DNA of 64,000 nt from Antedon mediterranea (Eukaryota; Animalia; Echinodermata), in the NCBI RefSeq assembly GCF_964355755.1, contig NC_092675.1, forward strand, positions 16,650,912-16,714,911, read 5' to 3'. Made by a program: the position numbers and the translations under genes. The notes beneath the pieces were generated by a model. The model saw only the letters and a list, made by a program, of their open reading frames with translations, made no database searches and was not told the DNA's origin. This document shows, in pieces, positions 1 to 16,600 of the stretch. Within the stretch, counting starts at the first letter, position 1, and each line of letters opens with the position of its first letter.

Positions 1-1657
1 CAGATTACAAGTGCAGCTACGGCAAAATCACACTGTGGTTACAAAATAGGAAATTCGTGAAATGGTCCATCTTCCGACGACTCGTTATCATAAACCATAT
101 CAATTACTTTTGTAAAATTATACTTATCTGATGTAATTTTAGTTGGTCTTCCCATTTATAAAGTCAATTTTTTATGAAAATTCATCAAAACAGTGAAAAA
201 TTAGATATGTTTGCACTTTACGTTTGCTGATTTTCGCACCGACTTAGGGAAAAATCAAAATCAATGAAGCGTAACGTATACTGTACATTCCTGCTGGCGA
301 GACGACGATACACGTGCTCTCTCTGCTGCCCATGCCTGGCATCGTCACGTGATAAGCAGATACAACAATACCAAACTGGTCGGGTCGAGTATACCCCGTC
401 TATAATCACAACATGAACGATGTACAGTATTTGATTGAAGGTCGACTCGACCTACCGGAATGGTATAGATAATATAGCTCGAATGAGAGAGTTGGAATAT
501 TTGTGTAGTGCAGCCTATAGTAAAAGGCCTGGTAGTATCAATTCGCATAGGGTCTACTACACTAGCTAGCTCACTTTTTAACTGGGCCGGATCGGCTAGG
601 TCTCCTTCCTACTACCTGGTCTACTTGCTTGATGCATGAGTATCCGCTTTTTTGGAGAGTAAACTAAACCTATTTATTTTAGGCCTACTTAGACGATCGG
701 GACACCATACGTGTGGACGGCGATCGGACCTTGTTTTGCTTCAATATTTACAGCCGATTTTGTAGAATGTTTTAGGTTTAGATTGTTTAGGAGTTTGGTT
801 GATAGGATGGGTTTTGTTATTTATTTATGGGCCAATCGTCTAGTAGTAGGCTAGCTAGGCCCATGGGCCCCATTGTTTTAACGTAGCCATCGTGGCATGG
901 AATCCCTAGTCAGAATGGCTCTCGCCCATATTATTATTAGGCTAGGCCTAGAGTAGTATTTGTACGTGAAGCCGATAATACGATCTGTACTATAGAGGTA
1001 TAAAAATAGTATAATTTATGACTCCGTATCTGTACTAAATTTTGTATTTCATTAAATGTCAAATAAATATATGCTACTACTGTTATTACACTTTAGGCCT
1101 AGCTTAGAAAATCTACAAAAAATGTATTTCACAATGATCACAATGGTGGTCGAGTCGTCGTTTGACAGGGGAGAGAGATGTAAATTAGTTGACAAACACA
1201 ACGTACATGACGTCGCGAGTTTGGAATCCACTCCGTCTCGTTATTACTTCTTCATTCTGAAATGTCTATATTGTTATAATATTTTTTATTTAATAAATAA
1301 ACGATATTTAAAAGCAATTTTAAACCCAGAATCCCCCTTTAAATACAGTAGTTCAGAATTTTAGTCTTGATACAAGTTGTTTTTATTTTAATAATTTTTC
1401 AGAGTACTTTTATCAGAGTGCGGTTTTATTATACTTGCCCATGCAAAGTATATAACCACCCACATAAGGCAGAAAAAAACCGTGCAGAGCACAGGTTACT
1501 GCAGTGCTTAAATTTGTTTTATTCCTGTTATGTACAGAATACTATTATACTGTACAGTATATATTACAAACCTGTAGAGAGTGTCATGAAAATCAGTTAA
1601 TGCTGCGTACACAAACATTCTTGGCAGGAAAAGCTAAAATTTCCAATAAATTTATAG

Positions 1658-4600
1658 ATACGTCTTCTTCATGAACATCCTCGACCCAGATGACAGTATT
1701 GAGATTTGTGTGAAAAAATGTCCCACCGGTAACATTACAAATTTAGAAGATATTAAAGCATTTGCAGAAGAAAGTGGCAGTAAGCTTTGTTCATATAACA
1801 CCCCGATTGAAGACTATCCAACTTCTAAACAGGATGAACTAGGGCCTTGTCCTGAGCGTGATTCACTGCATGACAGGTATGTACACATTCTTTTATTTAT
1901 ATTACAATTTTTTTAATTGTGATAGATTGAATAATACTGTAACTTGTAGTGTACTCTGTCTATAATTGAATAATACTGTAACTTGTAGTGTACTCTGTCT
2001 ATAATTGAATAATACTGTAACTTGTAGTGTACTCTGTCTATAATAATACTATAACTTGTAGTGTACTCTGTCTATAATTGAATAATACTGTAACTTGTAG
2101 TGTACTCTGTCTATAATTGAATAATACTGTAACTTGTAGTGTACTCTGTCTATAATAATACTGTAACTTGTAGTGTACTCTGTCTATAATAATACTGTAA
2201 CTTGTAGTGTACTCTGTCTATAATAATAATACTGTAACTTGTAGTGTACTCTGTCTATAATAATACTGTAACTTGTAGTGTACTCTGTCTATAATAATAC
2301 TGTAACTTGTAGTGTACTCTGTCTATAATAATACTGTAACTTGTAGTGTACTCTGTCTATAATAATACTGTAACTTGTAGTGTACTCTGTCTATAATAAT
2401 AATACTGTAACTTGTAGTGTACTCTGTCTATAATAATACTGTAACTTGTAGTGTACTCTGTCTATAATAATACTGTAACTTGTAGTGTACTCTGTCTATA
2501 ATAATACTGTAACTTGTAGTGTACTCTGTCTATAATAATACTGTAACTTGTAGTGTACTCTGTCTATAATAATACTGTAACTTGTAGTGTACTCTGTCTA
2601 TAATAATACTGTAACTTGTAGTGTACTCTGTCTGTAATAATACTGTAACTTGTAGTGTACTCTGTCTATAATAATACTGTAACTTGTAGTGTACTCTGTC
2701 TATAATAATACTGTAACTTGTAGTGTACTCTGTCTATAATAATACTGTAACTTGTAGTGTACTCTGTCTATAATAATACTGTAACTTGTAGTGTACTCTG
2801 TCTATAATAATACTGTAACTTGTAGTGTACTCTGTCTATAATAATACTGTAACTCGTAGTGTACTCTGTCTATAATTGCTCTATTCATGAAAATATTCTC
2901 CTTATTCATACCCATTCCTTTTTGTACAATGTTTTTTTATACATAAACATTGTAACTGTTGATTATTTATTGAGGATTAATGATAGGCAATAGACACGTT
3001 TCGCGCTCGCGAGGTCACCGTCAGTTTGACCTTTTAGTGGGTATACAATGGTAAACAAACACAGCGAGAGGTATGTTAAAGCATGGGAGAACTGAGAGAT
3101 GATCTTCTTAAAAAGCAATCGTCAAAACTAGCCTTTTGATGGAATGGCATGGTAAGGATGTTATTATTTTCTAAACTTATGTTTTATATTCACTGTAGAA
3201 TTATTTGGGCATTTGGTTCGGAATCATCGACTTTATTTATGTATTGTCATTTTTGGTTTGACACATATATATTACGGTGCATTTAATACATGTTAACTGT
3301 TGATTTTATTTACAAATGTTTCGTAAATATATTAATTATTATATTTCATTCTTCTTCATGCTCCTATTGCATCTTCCATGTATTATGTGATGTTCTTCGG
3401 CGCTTAAACAGACACCCAAGCCTCCTAGGCCTAGTAGACGAAGTACCGCATCAGAAAACGCCACCGGGCGGGCGGAGAGACACGAGCACATCGTGGACGA
3501 ACCTTTCCTTGAAAAATTTCCAAAATTTTGTGCCACTATCCTTCGGAGCCGACGCAAACCACTCAGCAAGTGTTTGAAAATTAAAAACAGGAATATTATT
3601 CAGTGATTTTGTGTAGTTAAATTCACGATGTATCCAACATATACAACATTTATGATGCACCTTGCAACAAAAGCACTCGGCAGTCGCCATTTCGCTATGC
3701 TTCAACACGCACTAGGCGAGAGATGTTCGGTTTGTTTACAAATCTGTACCCACTATTTCTGATTGGTCGCGAGCGAGAAACGTGTCTATTCATTTTAAAT
3801 TAGGACATGTTTGTTGACATGGTAATAGTTTTTTTCTTTTTTATATGCTAACAAAACTTTAAAACAATGTTTATTTTTACAGTACCCCGGTTTTCAACCG
3901 CTGCATCCCAGATAATGTTAAAGAATTAGGAAAATCTTTTCTCGAAACCGCATTGGAAATCTTGAATTCCAATCAGTACATTACCAAAATTGTAGCAGAT
4001 TTGTACATGGCAAGGTGGGCCATATTGGGAATGTGTGGACTAGCCTTTGGTAGGTATAATGTTAATAAAATGTCCTCAAATTAACACATCATTTTCAGAG
4101 AATAATGGTTAATGGTTTTAAATTTGTATAGCGCATAATACAAATAGTCTCTATGTGCTGTGGACTCAGATGTTAGACTTTTCAACTACATGCTTTTCCC
4201 CTACATGCTTTTCCCCTACATGCTTTTCCCCTAAGGGTCATATCATATCATTTGTCCACGAAACAGAGAATAAGTACATTCGAGGAGTGAAAATGTACAA
4301 TTGGTATGAAATAAAAACTAGGTGTCGAAATTCTCTCCCAATGAATGTTCTTTACTAAATGGAACTTTGTATTTACAGTGTTTGCCCTTGCGATGGTGTT
4401 TCTTATTCGGTTTGTTGCAAGTTTTATTGTGTGGATTATATACGCCGTTGCAATTGGATCCTCTGGAGGTATGTAGGCAACGATCATCATAAGCAAAATC
4501 AAATGAAGGTGTTTCAATTGAATAATAATATTACTAGCAGGTAAACGTCCAATGGATGGCATGGCCACCATGATAAAAGTGAATATATGTTCTAGAAATG

Positions 4601-7600
4601 TATATGGCACGTCATTGTGAGAGTAACAAAAATACAGAGAGTATTTATATTTTAAAATATCCAGGATTTATAAAGCACTTTATGTTGTGAAACCTCTCTA
4701 ATAGCTGATCATACAGATAACTGAGGGGAAAATGCTAAACCCAAACCGAAATATGAGGATACGCCCTTGTCAGTAACCAGGGTTTGGTCTAAATTGCACC
4801 TTGGTGAGCAGCAGTTGTGGCTCTGTCATCCCGGTCTTGAGCGCCTCCAACCCTATAGTAAAGAAACTGAAACTCATAAAGTGAATAGGTTTACTGTATT
4901 CTTAAGCCAGAAAGTTTCTTTCCCTGTTCACACTTATAAATATTGTGCTTTGATTGATGTATTATATATTCTTTTGTATTTTTTAATAAATAATGGGCGC
5001 ATGAGATCACTATACAGTACCTCCTCCGATTTATGTTCGAAATAATTCAGCATGGTCGTCAATAGCATGCTCGATCGACGATGACCTGCTGCCCGTGGCG
5101 CTCTTTAACCGTTATTGTCAGGTTATTGATATTGCATACTCGATTGATTATACTAGCGGGGAAACGGCTAAGGATTTCCAGGATTTGCTTGAATAATATG
5201 TTAATTATTTAACTATTTATGTTTACTTTAGCTGTAACTGTCCTTCTCTGGTATACATATGTACAGAGGAAGAAAGATATGGAAGGATTTGGAGAAATGG
5301 TACCAGACTCCATTAAGGAAGATGTCAGAGCTTTCCTTATTTATTCAATCATAGCTACAGTGTTTTTTGTAAGTGAAGTGTTTTTTTTTGCTGAATCCGA
5401 AATTCCTATACTGTGTAAATTCAAATGTTTCTATTTATGGTATATGATAAATATACTTTAGTTCCAACTGCCTGCATATGAAATACTTGAGCATGGGATT
5501 ATACTTGAGCATGGATTATACTTGGTATTGGATTATACTTGAGCATGGGATTATACTTGGGCATGGGATTATACTTGGGTATGGGATTGTACTTGGGTAT
5601 GGGATTGTACTTGGGTATGGGATTGTACTTGGGTATGGGATTATACTTGGGTATGGGATTATACTTGGGTATGGGATTATACTTGGGTATGGGATTATAC
5701 TTGGGCATGGGATTATACTTGGGCATGGGATTATACTTGGGCATGGGATTATACTTGGGCATGGGATTATACTTGGGTATGGGATTATACTGGGTATGGG
5801 ATTATACTGGGTATGGGATTATACTGGGCATGGAATTATACATGGGCATGGGATTATACATGGGCATGGGATTATACATGGGCATGGGATTATACATGGG
5901 CATGGGATTATACATGGGCATGGGATTATACATGGGTATGGGATTATACTTGGTATGGGATTATACTTGGGCATGGGATTATACTTGGGCATGGGATTAT
6001 ACTTGGGCATGGGATTATACTTGGGCATGGGATTATACTTGGGCATGGGATTATACTTGGGCATGGGATTATACTTGGGTATGGGATTATACTTGGGTAT
6101 GGGATTATACTTGGGTATGGGATTATACTTGGGTATGGGATTATACTTGGGTATGGGATTATACTTGGGTATGGGATTATACTTGGGTATGGGATTATAC
6201 TTGGGTATGGGATTATACTTGGGTATGGGATTATACTTGGGTATGGGATTATACTTGGGTATGGGATTATACTTGGGTATGGGATTATACTTGGGTATGG
6301 GATTATACTTGGGTATTGGATTATACTTGGGTATTGGATTATACTTGGGTATTGGATTATACATGAGCATGGGATTATACATGAGCATGGGATTATACAT
6401 GAGCATGGGATTATACATGAGCATGGGAGTATACATGAGCATGGGAGTATACATGAGCATGAGATTATACATGATGAGCATGGGATTATACATGATGAGC
6501 ATGGGATTATATTCGGTATGGTATATCCACCATCCTGCCTGATCTGGTCCTACAGAATATATTGTATAAATTGATTTTCTTGTTTTGTTTAGGTGGTTCT
6601 GTTGCTTGTAATTCTTGTAATGCGTAAACGTGTTGCATTTGCCGTGGAGCTGTTAAACCAAGCTGGCAAGGGCCTCATTGCTATGCCCCTTCTTCTCATT
6701 CAACCTGTGTGGACATTCATTGCTTTGCTGCTGTTCTTTGCTTATTGGTGTGTTGTAATGCTATTCCTTTCTGTCACTGGTAAGTATGACATTTGTCTAT
6801 AGGGTAATACATTCATTCACACAAACAAACAATCAATCTCTTTGTCTTTGTCACCTGGAAAGTGTTCCAAATTTCAAAAGTAAATGTTTTCTTTTACAAA
6901 ATCAACGGTCACTTTTTTGGTAGGGTCACTTTTCTGGTTTCCATAATAAAATGATTCAACTGGTAGGTTTAGCCCAATGCAGTGATAAATGACATGACCT
7001 GATGTGGATCACACCACCAGGTAACCTACTTTTCCAGAAAGATGCACTGGGTTCTTTTAAGTGTATACTAGCCAGATATGTAGGCCTATACTGGACCTTC
7101 AGTTTTAAGTCCTTATTCGAGAAGACTTGTTCTACCACGTTAGTCACCCATATGGTGTGTTGAAAGTTTAACAACAATTAAATTCACCAGGTAAATAATC
7201 AATGATGATCATGGATAATTATTAATTAATTTTTTGTAATTACATATAGGAAAGCCAATACAGTATAACAACACAATTAATGGAGAGATGCATGTAGAGT
7301 ATCAGGAGGGTGAACTGATCAGCTACTTCTGGTGGTACCATGTGATTGGTTTGATATGGATTGCAGAGTTCATTTTAGCATGCCAACAGTTTGTAATTGG
7401 AGCCTGTGTTGCTGATTGGTACTTTACTAGGTGAAAAATATATGCAGGTTTTAGTGTATTCACATTAAGCCAATCTTGAGAAAGGAAGTTTCTAACAGAT
7501 AATCTGTATGTCATGTTCTGTCACACCTTCATATTAAGATATGTTGATTCCCTTTCTCTTCTGATGTAGCTTGTCTTACCCTTTTTATACCTGCTAAATT

Positions 7601-10600
7601 GTAACTAGATTTGCATAGTGTGAACAAAATTTTGTGAAAACTGTTTTTTGTTTGTTTTGAGATGTTACTGCTCTGGTATTAAACTGACGAATCATAGTAA
7701 TCAAATAGAGCGCAACTACAATATGCTGTCTTCCGAGATTTCTCATGGTTCATGTATGAGTGTATGAAAACATGTAATAAATCGAGAGATCAAACCTAGT
7801 TAAAACTTGTTACAAGTTGTAACAATTTATGCAGAAAAGGGTATAAGGCATTGATGGCACAAGATTTTGTCTTTTGTTACACTGCCTTTGTCCATAAATT
7901 ATTACATTTTTATTGTATTTTATCTTACTCTGTCTTCTGAAGGTAAATAATATCTTTTGAAAATTATCAGGAGTTGCAGACACAAAATGTGTTATGGTGC
8001 TCTGTTGCCAACACAACCCTGGACCGCTTGTTAAATAAAGGAAAGGAAAATCACATTTACACTTCTGTTTCAACAGATCTATTTAAAGTGCTCATTCCAA
8101 ATTGATTTCGACAAAGCAGTTTTAATTGCTTAGAATATTTAATATTCTGTTCATCATTTTTGTATTAAATTTTCTTTTCAGAGATAAAAAGAGCTTTTCC
8201 TCACCAATTCTGCGTAACATCGGGTATCTCATTAGATACCATTTTGGATCTGTTGCTTTTGGATCTTTTATCATCACTTTGGTGAAGATTCCCAGGGCTA
8301 TTCTAATGTATATGCAGTCAAAGTAAGTCAATAACCTTCTGATAAATCAATAGATAGGGAGGTTGTTGATTTTAGTTCAGCCATTCTTGGAAACATCATC
8401 ATCATCTTTTATTTGGTTCCTTTCTCCCTTTTCTAAGGGATTACTATTACTCATTCCATCTCATAACATCGGCAAGTGTTCGATGCTCACTCGCTCCATG
8501 GTGGTAGAAAGAGTGTTCTCTGGACTAAACTGTGGGTAACTGTAAAGAACCTAGTACACCATTCGAGATGAGTATAAGTTACCCTGGTATACTAGTACAC
8601 ACACACAGCCGCTGTCATAACTGGGCCCTCTGGAAGAACAGTCTTTTACTGAGGCTACCCAAGAAAGAAATGATAAATAAAATAAATTATTTGTTCAAGG
8701 AAATTGTGATAATTTTTCATTAATATTAATCAAAATGTTCATTTCTAGGATGAAGGGAAGTGAGAGTGAATTAGTGAGATTCATGTTGAAATGCCTTTCT
8801 TGCTGTTTGTGGTGTTTGGAGAAGTTTTTGAAATTTCTGAATGCCAATGCCTACACTGTTATTGGTACGTTAACTCAATCTTGATAGCAAATGTAGGCCA
8901 CAATGACAACAGTGTATTTTCTTGGAGATCCCTACTTGTTAGACATATGCCATTATTCCTTAATATGGACACCCCTCAAAAGGAAAATAGAATAGTCCAG
9001 TGGTGTGTGGATGTATAAACGTCTCTCATCCTCATATCTTTTCACTCATAAACTACAAACACCAAATCAGCCATGTTTCCGCAGCCATAACAAATTTATC
9101 GGTTAATTTTGTAACAAATGAGATAATTAATAACAAAATAAAATGCGCATGATCACACATTACCAAACAACCAAGTGCTGATTTGTCCTTCACATCAAAG
9201 ATTGAAAATTTAATTATCGCATTTATCCGACAATTATCTGATCTGAATGAGATAATTATTGGTTAATTTTTCTTGGGTGGAATCAGTTAAACCTCATTTC
9301 CACAGGAACTTTATCAGTTAATTTTTATCAGTTATTTTTGGGTACGGAAACATGGCCAATGTTGTTTGTTTAATGACATGTTATGTTGTAAATAACATTA
9401 TTTTAAAACTTTTTTGTTTCTATGACTCATCATAAAATATTTATTATCATTTTTTTGTTTAAAAGACTGGGTTTTATTAGTTTCTTTTTAATAATGTTGT
9501 TGTTTTTTTCCTCATAGCAATTGAAGGAAAACATTTTTGTTTCTCTGCCAAGCGAGTAAGTTCTGTTTATTTTTCAAACTTTGTGTTCTAATAATATTAT
9601 AGTGTCTTGCGCCTGTTTCTAAACACAAAAAATATCCTAAAATAACAACAATTTAAGATGAGGAATATTGACTTCAAGTCCGTAGCAAGAGGTTAAAACC
9701 AGATGCTTTCAATATAATTATTAATATAAAATATGACGACTTGTGATGGAGAATTAGGGTGGTTGGTGAAAATTGAAATTTCATTTCTCATGCTGGCTAC
9801 GACTCTGGACTTTATACTTTCTTTAACACAATATTTTTAGATTATACAGATAAATGATAAAGGTCTTAATATTTTATGTTATTCTAGGCGTTTATGATTT
9901 TGGTGTCAAATGCATTGCGTGTTGCTGCCATCAACTGTGTTGGGGACTTTGTCCTATTTCTTGGTAAACTGGGTGTAGCAGGATTAACTGCCCTCAGTGG
10001 TATCTTGATCCTAGAGGTGAGTAATTAAATAATATGCACAACAAACATTTAATGTTCAAAGTCTATTGTTAAAAGAAAAACAATATACCTGCCAACTCTC
10101 ATGCATAATGCACAAGTCTTTAATTGTTTATGCCTCAAACATGGCTATTTCTCACGCATCCATTACAAATATTCAGAAAAACATTATTTTGAAATTAAGT
10201 GATTGAATTTAACTTAATTGAAGGAAAAATAGCCAGAACTACACATTATTTAATTGATTTGAGCATAAAGAGCCTAGGCCTATGTTTATTTGTATTTTAT
10301 GGTTGAGGTAGTACAGGAACGCCAACTCAATTCGGTGACAAATTTAACATGTATTTCATGATTATTTTTTGTTATTATAACATAGAGGGCACTTATACAA
10401 TTCAATTTACTGCATTGGCCACTGAAAAAGTTGGCAGGTATACAACAACATAATGACATAAAGTTTGTGATACACTGCGTATGTAATTCAGTTCATTGTG
10501 TACCATAAACTGTAAAACAGTATTGATTTTTGCAATGCCAACCAACCATTATTATCTTTGCTTTTTATGTATATTTACCTTTGAATTGATATCATTTTAA

Positions 10601-13600
10601 TTTTTGTTCATTTACTTAGTTTCAACAGCAGTTCCTGCCAATGCCTCATTGATAATCTTATTCAGTGATGCTCACCGAGACCTATACCTTTTTTCAGAAA
10701 AAGGAAACATATTGCCTATGCTTAGGCATACAAATATTTAAATTTTTGTGTTAATATTAAATTGCATAATTGATTGTGTTTTACCATTGTGGTGCTATAT
10801 TGCTTATAGAACCCAAGAAAGTCATTGTCTCTGATGCCCGATGTTTCGATCAATTGAATAATTTAACAACTTGGTTAAAATGTTTGACCATTCTGTGTTT
10901 CTTGTCTACGTTTTAAAATTTAATGTAATTGTTTTTGCTAATGACCATTTACTCGTAGGCTATTGATGATCTCAACTATTTTGCCGTGCCACTATTGGCT
11001 GCTGCAATATTTGCTTTTCTTATTGCGTGTGCGTTCTTTTCTATTTATGAGGTAGGTTTTAAAGCAATACGAGCTGGATAGCACGCGTATATATAGTGGC
11101 ACCTTAGCCAAAGTTACCTCGCACTCAAAGCATGTTTTTATGTTGTGTTGGATTAATTAACAGATGATTTTTTTGATTGTTGTACTTTCAATCAGGCCAA
11201 GGTGTAATTACTTTTGAGAATGCGTATTCAACATATTTGTCATTGACTAGGCTGCTAAAGGCAAACTATTAAAAATAGTTCTACCAATATCCACTTGCAT
11301 TGGCCATATTATTAAAACCATGTATTGCCATGAATCAGGTGTCCCAAGGGAAACATATTTTCTTTTCTCAATTCTGGAACCTTTCCTGATTATTCAGTAC
11401 ACTGTTTTCATCACCTAAATGATTGAAAGTACAAATGAAAAATACTCATACTATACATGCCTACTAATATTTTGTGTTTTTATATGTATTCTAATATTAA
11501 TATTCATATTGAAATATTTGGAGTGTACTTTTCTATTTTCTATAGTGTGTTGGGGATCACTCAAGTGTATCATATACTTCTTTAGCTGTGCCCTTATTAG
11601 TTGGTGCTGTATTTGCATATCTTATAACATGTGCATTCATTAGCATATATGAGGTGGGTAGTGGGGACATAACATTTTGGATATATGATGTTTAATGGAT
11701 GAGGTACAGTAACTTAACACTATGGACACTGATCCGTTGTGAATGTTTAGAGAGGAAAACACCAGAATTTCACCAAAAAAAATCCCCCCTAAAACTACCA
11801 AATGTTATAGGTTGGCCAGAATCTGCTCCCGTGTATAGTATCCATACTGTCAGTGTTGTAGCCACAAGAAATAGAGTTGTGCGGTTTTCACAAGAAAAGG
11901 GAACAATCTCTGTTCATGTCGCTGGCCTCTGTGACCTTACTAAACCGTACTGGTGGCTACGGCCCTGACTGTAATTAGGGTGGCATTAATTTGCTGTACA
12001 AACCACTCTAATGTTTGAGGTCAACAAGTTTTTGATAATTTAGAATGTTTTTATCTCTTACTATTATAATAATCAAAGGTCAGAATTTATCTTTCTTTCA
12101 TTGGGTTTGATCAACACAATTATCAATATAAGGGTATAGTGTCATACTAACTTGTTTGATGTTTATACTAAAGGCCACTAGTATAGAGCTTACTATAGCA
12201 AACATAAGATAAAATTTACCTTATCTAATCTCCATATATATACTGGCTTAAAATATACAGCTATATTTAATTGCAAATTGAATTTTTTAATCTATATATA
12301 AAATTTAATTCATTTTTAAAATTATATGCTAATATAAAATATATAGTATAGTATTTTTAATAAATAAATCAAAATAACTTCACCTATAATTTCATCTTTA
12401 ATTGAAAAATGTAAATATTCATAATGAACACAAGACACCTGTATTAAGTAAACACAGTTTGCACATTTCGCATGTTGCATATGCACTTAATGTTGATATT
12501 GTGTGAAGAATGTTGTAGAATAGTGTTATGATTACTGTGAATTCAAAGTATTTGTGATTATTCATATCAGACATAATCATCATCGCCACACAGTCATAAT
12601 CATCATCCCCACACATAATCTTTGTCACATGTATAATCATCAAATCACTATCACACCTACAGACCTCCCAACTCTCCAGATAATGTAGTGATGGATGAAT
12701 AGGATTGTCTTCAAAATTTCTCCTACTAAAGTGCAGTTCTCCCGATAATTTGGATAAATATAAAAAATCTCCTGATATGTAATTTTGAATACTCTAGATA
12801 TTGATAAGAGAATAGAAAAGATACTACTGTCAGTTTGTATAATGTTTATAATCAATGTATTCGTTGTTTAATGACCATGTTTACAATTATAGATGCCAAT
12901 ATCTTTAGGGTTTTCCCTCTATGATTTTATGTATTTTAGCACCCTCTATAGTTTCATAAAGCCCCGCCCCCCCCCCCCCCCCCCGATAGTTTTTCCGAGT
13001 TGAGAGGTATGCAGCTACATCATATATTACAGAGCCAATCATTACAAATACTATCGCATCAATGATCATCATCACCGCATCAATAATCATTATCACTGTC
13101 ATAAAATTATCATAATTCACAAATTTAATTCACAAATAGCATAATTTTAGGAAACAAAAGATAATAAATATTTTAATTAATCTTTAATAATTATTTCATC
13201 TGATCCACTGATGCTGCTATTGATATTGTAAATGAATACAAAATGACAAATTAATCTTTGTAACTATTTTCATTCTCTACATCTAAAGATGACTATCGAC
13301 AGTCTACTGATCTGTTTCTGTGAAGACACCAGAGTGAATGATGGCTCTCCAGCTAAGCCGTACTTCATGGAGTCTGGACTCATGGTAAGTCTTGCAAGAA
13401 AGACATGCTATATTGAAACCATCCATACTTGTTTATCAATGTATATTGCCTCTTGCCAATATTATTGCCCTTATCTTAATAATATTAAGATTGCTGATTT
13501 TTTTTTTATTACTAGTTGATTTCTGGTTCAGGTCTTTGGAGTCTGTTCCTTCAATATTTGAAGGAACAGGAATATTGATAGTGCAAATTAGCCCATTTAA

Positions 13601-16600
13601 ATTTAAGCTGGTTGAAATTGGGCTTTTCTCCAGCAATAAGCATGGGCTGAATTATTATTGCACTCAATCTGCATAGTCTAGTGCTGTGATTGTGAAATCA
13701 AAAAGATGTTAACAATTGCCATAAATGAATTGGGACTTGGATCTTTTCCAATTCACTAGGGTTGTGGTTGAGCTCTAAAGCTCTGTCTACACTATCAACC
13801 AAGGTGGTAATATGCCCAAATATGGTAGTGATAGACATCATCATGTCCATATTTGGGTACATCACATTTTTTTTATCACATTTGATAGTGTAGGCAGAGC
13901 TTTTACTTGTTTTTCCCACTTGTGATCAAACCATTGACCAAACACAGCTGCACTAGCCAATGAATGTCGCTAAAACATTAATATTCTGTATTATATGTGC
14001 TTTTGTTATATATTATCCCTACCTTAAGAATGTTTTCATATTAAATGATTTGATATGTGTGCAATAGTATTAACTTTTTAGTTGCGCTTATATTGGTATC
14101 CTATTCAATAAATATTTCTGTCTCCTGAAATGTAAAATTATGATTTTTCTTTATTTTACACGTGTCAGAATCGTGTATCATTGGAATATACTTTACTCAA
14201 ATTATGTATACCAAAGTATTTCATCAACCTATTACTTACTACTACCTTATAAATAATAATATATAAAATAATAGATATAATATATATAAAATATTTGAGT
14301 AAAATGTAGTAGTACTTCCGGCTAATAGCACCATAGTAATTAATAATCGTACACTTTTATGAATGATATATTTGTGTTTAAATCAATTTACCACTTTTAA
14401 TTTCATCATCTATCCTTTATTACCCTGTTCCACATGATGGGTTGTAGAGTATTACATCAACCTTATCCTTTATTACCCTGTTTCACATGATGGGTTGTAG
14501 AGTATTACATCAACCTTATCCTTTATTACCCTGTTTCACATGATGGGTTGTAGAGTATTACATCAACCTTATCCTTTATTACCCTGTTCCACATGATGGG
14601 TTGTAGAGTATTACATCAACCTTATCCTTTATTACCCTGTTTCACATGATGGGTTGTAGAGTATTACATCAACCTTATCCTTTATTACCCTGTTCCACAT
14701 GATGGGTTGTAGAGTATTACATCAACCTTATCCTTTATTACCCTGTTTCACATGATGGGTTGTAGAGTATTACATCAACCTTATCCTTTATTACCCTATT
14801 TCACATGATGGGTTGTAGAGTATTACATCAACCTTATCCTTTATTACCCTGTTCCACATGATGGGTTGTAGAGTATTACATCAACCTTATCCTTTATTAC
14901 CCTGTTTCACATGATGGGTTGTAGAGTATTACATCAACCTTATCCTTTATTACCCTGTTTCACATGATGGGTTGTAGAGTATTACATCAACCTTATCCTT
15001 TATTACCCTGTTCCACATGATGGGTTGTAGAGTATTACATCAACCTTATCCTTTATTACCCTGTTTCACATGATGGGTTGTAGAGTATTACATCAACCTT
15101 ATCCTTTATTACCCTGTTTCAGATGATGGGTTGTAGAGTATTACATCAACCTTATCCTTTATTACCCTGTTCCACATGATGGGTTGTAGAGTATTACATC
15201 AACCTTATCCTTTATTACCCTGTTTCACATGATGGGTTGTAGAGTGTTACATCAACCTTATCCTTTATTACCCTGTTTCACATGATGGGTTGTAGAGTGT
15301 TACATCAACCTTATCCTTTATTACCCTGTTTCACATGATGGGTTGTAGAGTGTTACATCAACCTTATCCTTTATTACCCTGTTTCACATGATGGGTTGTA
15401 GAGTATTACATCAACCTTATCCTTTATTACCCTGTTTCACATGATGGGTTGTAGAGTGTTACATCAACCTTATCCTTTATTACCCTGTTTCACATGATGG
15501 GTTGTAGAGTGTTACATCAACCTTATCCTTTATTACCCTGTTTCACATGATGGGTTGTAGAGTGTTACATCAACCTTATCCTTTATTACCCTGTTTCACA
15601 TGATGGGTTGTAGAGTGTTACATCAACCTTATCCTTTATTACCCTGTTTCACATGATGGGTTGTAGAGTGTTACATCAACCTTATCCTTTATTACCCTGT
15701 TTCACATGATGGGTTGTAGAGTGTTACATCAACCTTATCCTTTATTACCCTGTTCCACATGATGGGTTGTAGAGTATTACATCAACCTTATCCTTTATTA
15801 CCCTGTTTCACATGATGGGTTGTAGAGTGTTACATCAACCTTATCCTTTATTACCCTGTTTCACATGATGGGTTGTAGAGTGTTACATCAACCTTATCCT
15901 TTATTACCCTGTTTCACATGATGGGTTGTAGAGTGTTACATCAACCTTATCCTTTATTACCCTGTTTCACATGATGGGTTGTAGAGTGTTACATCAACCT
16001 TATCCTTTATTACCCTGTTTCAAATGATGGGTTGTAGAGTATTACATCAACCTTATCCTTTATTACCCTGTTTCACATGATGGGTTGTAGAGTGTTACAT
16101 CAACCTTATCCTTTATTACCCTGTTTCACATGATGGGTTGTAGAGTATTACATCAACCTTATCCTTTATTACCCTGTTTCACATGATGGGTTGTAGAGTG
16201 TTACATCAACCTTATCCTTTATTACCCTGTTCCACATGATGGGTTGTAGAGTATTACATCAACCTTATCCTTTATTACCCTGTTTCACATGATGGGTTGT
16301 AGAGTGTTACATCAACCTTATCCTTTATTACCCTGTTTCACATGATGGGTTGTAGAGTATTACATCAACCTTATCCTTTATTACCCTGTTTCACATGATG
16401 GGTTGTAGAGTGTTACATCAACCTTATCCTTTATTACCCTGTTCCACATGATGGGTTGTAGAGTATTACATCAACCTTATCCTTTATTACCCTGTTTCAC
16501 ATGATGGGTTGTAGAGTATTACATCAACCTTATCCTTTATTACCCTGTTCCACATGATGGGTTGTAGAGTATTACATCAACCTTATCCTTTATTACCCTG

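Noticed and set aside
1928-2876. Possible CRISPR-like 34-bp repeats
   Set aside because: No spacers; plain minisatellite.
5478-6574. Long repetitive ORFs (MGLYLG, GYGIIL, WVWDYT, PKYNPI repeats)
   Set aside because: Artefacts of an 18-bp stop-free minisatellite inside an SLC44A1 intron; open in several frames on both strands.
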